DNA of 64,000 nt from a virus: positions 1 to 64,000 of IMG/VR virus record IMGVR_UViG_3300009152_000030; one strand, 5' to 3'. The notes beneath the pieces are model-generated. The model was not told the origin of the DNA and ran no database searches. It saw nothing but the letters and a program-made list of their open reading frames with translations. Below, one piece after another: positions 39,611 to 47,419 of this stretch. The number at the start of each line of letters is the position of its first letter. Position 1 is the first letter of the stretch. Position numbers and translations under genes: made by a program.

Positions 39611-39847
39611 TTATACGAAGAAGCGACGGGCCGTATGCACTGCCTCGATAAGAGAATCAGAGCCAGTGTTGGCGTCGCTCTCGTACTTCTTCTCATCGAG
39701 ACGCTCATTGATGGCATCCCACGGGTCATAAGACTCATGGTTCACGTCATCCAGGCTCAGAGTCTCCTTCTGAACCTCTTCGAAACTATCAGTCAAGATC
39801 GTAGCAGCACTAAACAACATGATATACCTCTTTGCATTGGTAGACAT
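39611..39847 (-). CDS. Hypothetical protein
   Basis: GGTGAG SD; ATG 21 nt after hairpin copy 3. Confidence 0.6.
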   Translation of the reverse strand: MSTNAKRYIMLFSAATILTDSFEEVQKETLSLDDVNHESYDPWDAINERLDEKKYESDANTGSDSLIEAVHTARRFFV

Positions 39848-39868
39848 TACCAATTCTCACCGAAAGAA

Positions 39869-39882
39869 GGGGCGATAGCCCC
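39869..39882. repeat. Conserved hairpin GGGGC-GATA-GCCCC, copy 3 of 4
   Basis: Identical 14-mer preceded by AAAGAA. Confidence 0.85.
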
Positions 39883-40007
39883 TCAGGATTTGTACTGTAG
39901 CGGAGTGGGACCCATAATTATTTGGGCCTATTTTCACTCAGCTGGCCCAGGAGCCGAAACCCCCCGACGCCCGTTAGGGCGAAGGGGGGTTGAGCTGGAC
40001 CTGCGAC

Positions 40008-40430
40008 CTAGAAGGTGCCGTCGTCCGCAGTGGCCGTCTCGCGAAGCGCCGCAAGGGCCTCCGCAGCGGCATCTGCACCAGCGGATGAGGCCGCGGGAGC
40101 CGAAGCGCCAGCGGGGGAGCCAGTCTTGACGACGACGTTGGCGAGGATCTTGACGGCGAAGCCCTTGGAGCCATCCTTGCGGAGGAACTCTTCGTCTTCG
40201 GGGGTTCCGTCCACGAACACGGTGTCGCCCTTCTTGAGGATCTTCGCCATGTTCTCCGCGAGTGCGCCGAAGCACACGACGTCCCGCCACTTCACGACAG
40301 CGACGCCCTTGACCTTGCGGTTGACAGCGACGCGCATGGCGCAGATGGAAGTTCCCGACTGGCCCGTCAGGAGAATAGGGTCGGCTCCAAGGTTGCCGAC
40401 GACCTGAGTACGCTCAAAGCCCATGCTCAT
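40008..40430 (-). CDS. ssb: Single-stranded DNA-binding protein (second, GC-rich copy)
   Basis: VVGNLGADP, RVAVN, WRDVVCFGALAEN..KKGDTVFVDG; acidic tail DDGTF. Confidence 0.9.
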   Translation of the reverse strand: MSMGFERTQVVGNLGADPILLTGQSGTSICAMRVAVNRKVKGVAVVKWRDVVCFGALAENMAKILKKGDTVFVDGTPEDEEFLRKDGSKGFAVKILANVVVKTGSPAGASAPAASSAGADAAAEALAALRETATADDGTF

Positions 40431-40555
40431 GGGTGCGCTCCAGTGTGGAGAGAAGGACCATCCCTCTCTCCGCACAAACAAGGGCCGTTAGGCCCTCTGG
40501 CGATCCATCTCGTTGGATCAACGGGAGCCAGGACATCTGGACTCCGCAGAAAGAA

Positions 40556-40569
40556 GGGGCGATAGCCCC
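40556..40569. repeat. Conserved hairpin GGGGC-GATA-GCCCC, copy 4 of 4
   Basis: Identical 14-mer, followed by GAGCGAAGCGAG at 40571 and again at 40621. Confidence 0.85.
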
Positions 40570-40664
40570 CGAGCGAAGCGAGCTCTACAAGCGAAGAACT
40601 AAGGAACAAACGGACGGCGCGAGCGAAGCGAGCGGCAGCGGAGTAATTGGACCTTTTTTGGATG

Positions 40665-40703
40665 AAAGAAAAAAATAGCCCACCCATGATGGGCAGGCTA
40701 TTC
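40665..40703 (-). terminator. Intrinsic terminator after the polymerase operon
   Basis: AATAGCCTGCCCA-TCA-TGGGTGGGCTATT followed by TTTTTCTTT. Confidence 0.75.
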
Positions 40704-40704
40704 T

Positions 40705-40998
40705 CTAGTTATTGCCGTTCTTCTTTCTGTTTGCTTCTAGCATTTCCAGAAGACCGCGAGCCATCTTTGCATTGTGCTCATTCTCCTTTTGGGTAACCCA
40801 TTTTGGAGGAGGATCTTTGATGTCAAAGAAGATTTGAATTTCATGGCGAAGTACATAGTAACCTTTGTTGATACGTAAATCAACACAGATCACAACTTCT
40901 CCTGCTCCAACCAACGTCCCGTCCCATGCCCTAATAGTGCCGGTTGGCTTTGGTTTGCGGTTTGTTTCAATGATGTGGCCATTAAATGACTTTTTCAT
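40705..40998 (-). CDS. Hypothetical protein
   Basis: ORF between the polymerase gene and the terminator. Confidence 0.6.
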   Translation of the reverse strand: MKKSFNGHIIETNRKPKPTGTIRAWDGTLVGAGEVVICVDLRINKGYYVLRHEIQIFFDIKDPPPKWVTQKENEHNAKMARGLLEMLEANRKKNGNN

Positions 40999-41033
40999 TG
41001 TTGCCTATTCCTTACGTGCAGTGTTATGTTCTG

Positions 41034-44000
41034 CTACTTCTTTGCAAGGTCGTTCGGGTTGATGATAATCATCGGACGATTGACCTTCTTGGCGTAGTTG
41101 ACACAGTTGGATGTGCCACTCGGAGAACCATCCCAGATTGCGACAACCGCCTCGCAGTTATCAACCATCCAGTAGTTCCGTGCGTGGAGACACTTCTCTT
41201 TGCCTGCAAGGTCGTAGCCTTTCTTATTGACAAGCACAACTTGATGAGCAAGAGCAAGCATCTTCTTGTAACGCATCTTAGCTTCGTCACCCTTGAAGTA
41301 ATCACCATGGTCGCTGCAAGGACGAGCCACGATGAACTTGAGGCCAAGCTTGTGAGCCTCACGTGCGGCATCAGTGTCAACGCCAAGAGCACCACCAGTA
41401 ACGACGATGATCTCACGAGTTGCACTGTACTTGGCAATGGCACGCTTTAATGCATCTGCGATTGCATTCTTTACAGCAACACGCAGAGGATGATTCTCGT
41501 CATAGCCGCCAATCTTTTCGGGGCGATGACCAGTGAATGCAATCCTGTAGGGCTTTGCTTCCACGGCAACAACAGGCACAGCAGGAGCAGGCTTGGCTTC
41601 AACAGCAGGAGCGTCAACCGGGACCCAATTGACATCTGCCATGTTCTTAGGCTGCCACTTGCCGTTGACCATTACAAGTTGTACAGGCTGTGCCGCAGTG
41701 TACGTGCCTTCAAGTACTTCACTGAAGATTTGAGTCTCAGACTCTTCCTCGTCACTGTCGTACTCGCTAGCATACTGCTCCAGCTCTTCAGCGCTGACTG
41801 GATTCTCAGAACCAAAGGCATCTTCAAAGTTGAAGTCTGCCATGCCTGCGCTCTCCAGCATCTTGTCGTAGTCGATATTCTCAGAGACAGAGATATCGAA
41901 GAACTCCTTCTCGGGAGGAGGCTCGGGCTTGACCGGCTCTTGACCCTTGAAGGTCAGCCAGACGAAGTTACGAGTGTAGGTCTTGCCGTTGGCACCATGA
42001 CCGTCACGCTTCTCCACTTCGCTTGCCTCAACGGTAGCACCGCTGAAGAAGTTGTTGAGAGTACCGTGGTAGCCCATCATGCCGGCAATCTGCCACTGAG
42101 TCTTGCCCTTGAAGGCACCGTTGTTCTCGAATGCCTTGCGCGTCTCGCTGGTCTTGCGGAAGACCAAGTAAGCAACTGCGGCGGCGCGATGGTCCTGGTC
42201 AGGGTTACCGCGCTGTCCACCGTATGCAAGCTGAATGCGGTTGTCGCTGAGGAGCTGCTGGATGTTGAGGCCAACAAGCGACTGAGGATCAACAGTCTTG
42301 CCATCCTTGCTCTCACGAATGAGGAAGGCGGCGCGAACGTCGGCAGCAAGAAGCTTATCCTGAGTCTTCTTCACGGCAGCATCCTCAAGGAACTTGCAGA
42401 GAACTTCTGCGTAGCCCTTGTAGTTACCGGTCGAGGCAAAGTACATCTTGCGGCTGTAACCACCGCTGGAGGTAAGCTCACCCTGCGCGTCGATGGCGTC
42501 AGAGTCGATGATCTTTGTCTTGTTGCCTTCTTCGTCATCAAGGAACTCGACCTTACCCTTGCCCATGGACAGAGTAATAGGCTTTTCCGCAGACGTACCG
42601 AGAGCGGACATCAGCTCAGAAAGCACGAACATTTCGTACTTGTACTCAGCCTTATCCTCGTAGACCTCTTCGAAGAGAGGCCAGAGATCCTCGTGACGTG
42701 CTGCGAAGGCTGCATGGATGGGCTTCTGAGCGTAAACCCGACGAAGGGTCTTGAGCTCTTCAGCGTTCATCATGTAGCGAACCTTGTCGATTTCCTCGTA
42801 ACGATGCTTCATTGCCTCAGGCACAGTCATCATGTGACCATTGTCCTGGCTGTAGCGATTGACCGCATGATACTTACGGAACATGAAGGAGCCGAAGGTC
42901 GTGAGATTGAACTCACCCTCGTATTGCTCCTGCTCATCCCGGTAGTGCTTGCTGATCAGCTCATCAAGCTCATGCGAGTGCTCTTCAAGGAACGCCTGAA
43001 GATTGGAGGTCAGGAGAGTAGCAGTCTGAGTGCTGTGACCCTCATCGATGAACGACTTGAGGTTCGAGGTCATCGTCTTCCAGTAGCGTGTGAAGCTGCG
43101 GATGATGGGATGCTCAACCTTGACAGACCGACCATCTGCCGTGACAACCGTCTGACGAAGGCTCTGGCAGATCTTAGCGGTCATCGGGATCTTGCCCTCT
43201 TCGTCCTTGAACAAGGCAGGAGCAATGATGTTCTCGCCCGTGATCTCGGAGATTTCTCCCGTGTAACGCACAGCAACAGGTGCAGTTACAAGCGAAAGAA
43301 GGCTGACACCAAGCCGCTTGCGCACAGGCTTAAGGGCCGTCATCTTGCTAGGCTTAGCATCGGGATTCTCACGCATCGCATTGCGGTCGTTGAGTACCCA
43401 GCTGACAGCAATCATCGTCATGATAGCGTCGATGTTGTGCCATGCACGCCAAGCGCCGGGGAAGTCAGTGCCGCTCTGAGCAGCATCGACCACCAGCGAG
43501 ATCTCACCTTCCATCATGCAAGCTGCAAGAAGGGCGGATGGAGTCTTGACTACCGACGGCAGAATGATCAGGTCAGCAAGCAGATAGCTGCCGAACATCT
43601 GAGCATTTGCCATTGCGCCAACGATGGGCATGAACTCGTTATCACCAGGAAGGTGAATCATGTCCCACTTCTCTTCAGCAGTCTTGTCGGCAACCGAAGG
43701 ATCTGCAGGCTGAGCCTTCTCAGCAAGGGCCGTAATGTTGTACTTGATCAAGCCAGAAGGCGAGACAGTCTCGACCGTCTTGACATCAAAGTACGACGAC
43801 AGCAGCTTGTGACCATTCGGAATGGTGTTCACAAGATCAAGCTTTTCAGGAAGCTTAGCAAGGAAGGTGTGTGCCTTCTCGTAAGTATCCTGGACCTGCT
43901 GAACGGTGAACTGGCTCAGCTTGTAGTTACGCAGGTTCATAGAACGCAGCGCAAGCAAGCCAAGCTTACCGCACAGGAAGAACGCCTTGTCGTCAGCGTC

Positions 44001-45527
44001 ACCGCCGTCCATGCTAACAAGGACAGCCTTCTGCATGATCTCCGTGCTGCCGAAGTATGCAGTAGCGTGCAGGAACATGTCGTCCTTAAGGACAACATAG
44101 ATAACCCGCACATCGACCTTAGCCGAAGTAGGCCAACGAGCCGCAGCGCCAAGGCTATCCCGATGGTTGACGGCAAGCTCCTTCTCGTTCTCACCCTTCA
44201 CATCATGGATGTTAAGAGCAGGAACGTTGAGGTTCTTCGCAGCTTCTGCCGTGATAGCAATTGCCGCAAATCCCGTCTTGGCAAGGATCTGTTCCGACTT
44301 GGCGTTGAACGCTTCCTCGATCTTTGCCTTGCGGTCAAGCTCAGCCATGATGAGAAGACGACGCTTCTTCAGGCCAGCGGTTTCGTTTGCAAAGGCACCC
44401 TGCTTCTCCTCATGGAGCCACAGGTCACGGAACATACGCCAGACAAGAGCGCGGGGATACGAGGTAAAGCCACAAGGGCCGTCCTTTGTAACCGCGTTGA
44501 TGCGAAGCTTGCTCTGCGTAACGTCTTCGCTGACACTGTTGACTAGAGTAGTCACAGTAGCAGGAATTGCGCCAGGGTGAACACCAAGGCTAAGAAGCAT
44601 CTTGGTGATCTTTGCCTTGAATGTTGAGGACGTTTCCGTTGCCTCAAGGACGTCGCCATCGAGACCCTTAAGGGCATTCTTGACGTAGTCATCCCAGTGC
44701 GAGATGTTCCAGTCAATCATCTCGTTGAGGATCGCATGGAACTTCGGGTCGTTGAGCACCTGACCAAACAGGGCGCTCAAGTTCTGGACGCCGAGAAGGA
44801 CACCAGGCTCAGACTTCATCTCACCAACGGTCGGCTGCACCATAAGCGCAACATCGGGAGAGAGATCAGGCTTGAGATCCTGCTTGCCTTCGGAGCTCAG
44901 CAGGAAGACATGGGGCGGAAGCCAAAGCTTGACCGCACCCATTGCGCCCTTATAGTACGCTTCGAGCTTAACCACACGGCGAACCTGCATGCCCTGCGTC
45001 ATGGGGCCAGGGGTGAGCTCTGCAGTGCCCATGTAGTGGACACCGTCCTGGATTGCCTTGTAGGCAGGATCCAAGTCAGCCATGTCTACAACCTTGCCAG
45101 TTGCAGATACGATGGCGCTGTAGGTGGCCGTCATCATGGAACGCGCATACTTGCGGCCCTTCTGAGCGGTCTTGCTGGTATACCCAACAGAACCCACAAG
45201 CTTTGCCTTCAGCGCCTTAGGCACCATCAGCGTCTCCATGCTGCTAACAGCAAAGAGGGCAACGTGACCGTCCGGGCATTTCTGCCCTTTCTCAACCACA
45301 GGGTGGTCGAGGAGGCTTTCAAAGCCCGGAAGATCGGAATAGGGGCTCTTAACCCCGGAATACTCGAGATGCTCTCGATAGCTACGGTACATAGTACCCT
45401 CCTTGTCAGTAACCAAAATGGTTACGTTCTGTTTCATGTTTTCTACCATTCGCCCATATCCATTGTAACAACAGGAAGAGTCGGAGCAACTACTGATACT
45501 GTCTCCATCTTGAAGCCAGAGTCCCAA
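41034..45527 (-). CDS. Putative single-chain two-barrel RNA polymerase (YonO/cellular RdRP-like) fused to a C-terminal YspA-type SLOG domain
   Basis: Ordered motifs QDG, QVR..YKG, RWP, GGDADD; SLOG: IAFTGHRP, GGALGVD, RNYWMVD, WDGSPSGT. True start probably 45449 or 45437. Confidence 0.65.
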   Translation of the reverse strand: MGLWLQDGDSISSCSDSSCCYNGYGRMVENMKQNVTILVTDKEGTMYRSYREHLEYSGVKSPYSDLPGFESLLDHPVVEKGQKCPDGHVALFAVSSMETLMVPKALKAKLVGSVGYTSKTAQKGRKYARSMMTATYSAIVSATGKVVDMADLDPAYKAIQDGVHYMGTAELTPGPMTQGMQVRRVVKLEAYYKGAMGAVKLWLPPHVFLLSSEGKQDLKPDLSPDVALMVQPTVGEMKSEPGVLLGVQNLSALFGQVLNDPKFHAILNEMIDWNISHWDDYVKNALKGLDGDVLEATETSSTFKAKITKMLLSLGVHPGAIPATVTTLVNSVSEDVTQSKLRINAVTKDGPCGFTSYPRALVWRMFRDLWLHEEKQGAFANETAGLKKRRLLIMAELDRKAKIEEAFNAKSEQILAKTGFAAIAITAEAAKNLNVPALNIHDVKGENEKELAVNHRDSLGAAARWPTSAKVDVRVIYVVLKDDMFLHATAYFGSTEIMQKAVLVSMDGGDADDKAFFLCGKLGLLALRSMNLRNYKLSQFTVQQVQDTYEKAHTFLAKLPEKLDLVNTIPNGHKLLSSYFDVKTVETVSPSGLIKYNITALAEKAQPADPSVADKTAEEKWDMIHLPGDNEFMPIVGAMANAQMFGSYLLADLIILPSVVKTPSALLAACMMEGEISLVVDAAQSGTDFPGAWRAWHNIDAIMTMIAVSWVLNDRNAMRENPDAKPSKMTALKPVRKRLGVSLLSLVTAPVAVRYTGEISEITGENIIAPALFKDEEGKIPMTAKICQSLRQTVVTADGRSVKVEHPIIRSFTRYWKTMTSNLKSFIDEGHSTQTATLLTSNLQAFLEEHSHELDELISKHYRDEQEQYEGEFNLTTFGSFMFRKYHAVNRYSQDNGHMMTVPEAMKHRYEEIDKVRYMMNAEELKTLRRVYAQKPIHAAFAARHEDLWPLFEEVYEDKAEYKYEMFVLSELMSALGTSAEKPITLSMGKGKVEFLDDEEGNKTKIIDSDAIDAQGELTSSGGYSRKMYFASTGNYKGYAEVLCKFLEDAAVKKTQDKLLAADVRAAFLIRESKDGKTVDPQSLVGLNIQQLLSDNRIQLAYGGQRGNPDQDHRAAAVAYLVFRKTSETRKAFENNGAFKGKTQWQIAGMMGYHGTLNNFFSGATVEASEVEKRDGHGANGKTYTRNFVWLTFKGQEPVKPEPPPEKEFFDISVSENIDYDKMLESAGMADFNFEDAFGSENPVSAEELEQYASEYDSDEEESETQIFSEVLEGTYTAAQPVQLVMVNGKWQPKNMADVNWVPVDAPAVEAKPAPAVPVVAVEAKPYRIAFTGHRPEKIGGYDENHPLRVAVKNAIADALKRAIAKYSATREIIVVTGGALGVDTDAAREAHKLGLKFIVARPCSDHGDYFKGDEAKMRYKKMLALAHQVVLVNKKGYDLAGKEKCLHARNYWMVDNCEAVVAIWDGSPSGTSNCVNYAKKVNRPMIIINPNDLAKK

Positions 45528-47419
45528 CCCTCACGAGTTGATGTATGCTTTGAGTTGCAGTCTGTGTAGTTAAGCATTGCACGTTCTTCGGCAGTCATCA
45601 TCCGATGAGGATTAGCTTTTGCAATCTCAGGATGAACCAACATAAAGCCGCACTTGGTCTTCATCCAGTCGTAACCGAAGTCGAAAAAGAGCTTTATCGC
45701 CAGATCTAGTCCGGCTAATTGCTTCCTAGACGAACCCTTCTTGTTGTCCGATACATCCGTCTGCACCATGGACAAACGAAGATTCATGTCGATTTTATCG
45801 AACATGTGAACCTGAGCTCGCAACTCAGAGTTTGCCATTGGTAGTTTTGTCTTCAGCGAGTAGACAGCACGCGAGGCTTTGCTTTCTTGAAGCTCTGCAT
45901 GGTACCGAGCCTTGAATTCCGGGAAAGACAGACCAGCAAGGTGCGGAAGCATCCCATATTCTGTTGTTTCCCACTTTTGACGATACTCGTCTTCGAAGTA
46001 CCCCCAATCCAAGTCCGGACGGTTGCAGTCAGTCCAAAGGGTACCACTCTGCTCATTCGCAAGATTATGCAAGTCATAAGCATACATACCATTACATTCA
46101 CTAGCTTTGAAAAGCTGCAGATACCGTAGCATATGATAATATGCTTGGCTCGTGCTGTCCACATTGGTCAGATAGAACCTTTGGTACCTTTTGTTCTGAG
46201 GTACAGCCTGTTCTACAAAGCCAGTTGCGGTTACCACAACACGATTAACGAGTTCGACTCTAAATACACCCTTGTCGCACAGGTATGTATTCCGAACTGC
46301 TCTTCCACAGGCAAGGTTTTGAATGCAAGTCTTACCAGTTTTTGACCAAGTAAGAACTTCCTCTCTTTTGCCAAAGTGAGCAATCTCGCCACTTTCGTAC
46401 ACGTCAGTGGTTTTTGCAAACTCTGTAATGCGTTCGATTTCCGATACCCATTCGTTATAGGTCATCTTCCGCATCTTGTACCAGGACGTAAGGATCATTC
46501 TGATCCACTTCTCTTCAGGGCCATTGGGGTTGAGTTTGGCCTCTCCAAACACCTGCTTGGCAAGTTGCTCTTCTTGGCCATCCCAGCGGTTTTCATTGCC
46601 AAAGCCCCAGTCAGAGACACCACCGCCAGCAGTCAGGACAAAGCCAAACGAGAACTTATTCCCGTTGCCATCGGTGCCCGTCTTGGCATCTACTGTTTTA
46701 TCAACAATATAGCCGTGGTATTGTCCAGACTTCATCTGCTGTTGATAGGTGCCACCACCAACGCAGAAGTGCCCCTTGTAGCGTGAATTGATGCTCTTGC
46801 ATTCATCCCACGCCTGCTGGGGATCAACCCAGCGGAAGTAATACGTCTCCTTGTTGAAGAGAGCCGTTACTTCACAGGTCTTGAGGGATGCCTCGCCGAT
46901 GACCGCGCCCAGGAACTTGACAGACAAGCTATTCACAAGCTCAACTGTGCTAGTGTACCGATTGCGAACAACGTGCCATTCGGCAGCTGACCATGTTTCA
47001 ATACAATTCTTCTTCTTGGCCAGCTTGGCAATGTCCTGGAAGAAGGTCTCCCAGGTAGGCTCATGAGTAACCTCCTTGAACCAGGCCATCATTTCCTTAT
47101 TGGCAAGGAGGATACTGGCAAACTTGTTGAATGCCGCAACATTCATGACCTTTACCTTGATCACCTTGGTCCGGCCCGTCGGCGGCGACCACTTAACCTG
47201 ACGCTCAGAGCCAAAGCACCGAATGCGGTACATGTCAACTCCCTGCTCCTTTAGAGCAATGATGCGCTTACGCACACTCATCAGGTTTGACAGCGAGAAC
47301 CCAGGCATTTCAGGCTGGATCTCATTGGCAATATATTGCCGCTGTTCGAGACGCATTTGCTTGGCCTTCATAAGGGCCTCCTTCTGTTCGGTGGTCATGT
47401 TTTTGGTCATCTTACTCAT
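45443..47419 (-). CDS. Hypothetical protein (658 aa) overlapping the polymerase start
   Basis: Long ORF; AAGGGG SD. Confidence 0.75.
   Translation of the reverse strand: MSKMTKNMTTEQKEALMKAKQMRLEQRQYIANEIQPEMPGFSLSNLMSVRKRIIALKEQGVDMYRIRCFGSERQVKWSPPTGRTKVIKVKVMNVAAFNKFASILLANKEMMAWFKEVTHEPTWETFFQDIAKLAKKKNCIETWSAAEWHVVRNRYTSTVELVNSLSVKFLGAVIGEASLKTCEVTALFNKETYYFRWVDPQQAWDECKSINSRYKGHFCVGGGTYQQQMKSGQYHGYIVDKTVDAKTGTDGNGNKFSFGFVLTAGGGVSDWGFGNENRWDGQEEQLAKQVFGEAKLNPNGPEEKWIRMILTSWYKMRKMTYNEWVSEIERITEFAKTTDVYESGEIAHFGKREEVLTWSKTGKTCIQNLACGRAVRNTYLCDKGVFRVELVNRVVVTATGFVEQAVPQNKRYQRFYLTNVDSTSQAYYHMLRYLQLFKASECNGMYAYDLHNLANEQSGTLWTDCNRPDLDWGYFEDEYRQKWETTEYGMLPHLAGLSFPEFKARYHAELQESKASRAVYSLKTKLPMANSELRAQVHMFDKIDMNLRLSMVQTDVSDNKKGSSRKQLAGLDLAIKLFFDFGYDWMKTKCGFMLVHPEIAKANPHRMMTAEERAMLNYTDCNSKHTSTREGWDSGFKMETVSVVAPTLPVVTMDMGEW

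Noticed and set aside
41490-44546. 1018-aa plus-strand ORF (also 47419-49125, 49936-51159, 53189-54280, 54368-55486, 33455-34780)
   Set aside because: Antisense shadows in codon register with the real minus-strand genes, explained by avoidance of TTA/CTA/TCA codons; no protein-like motifs
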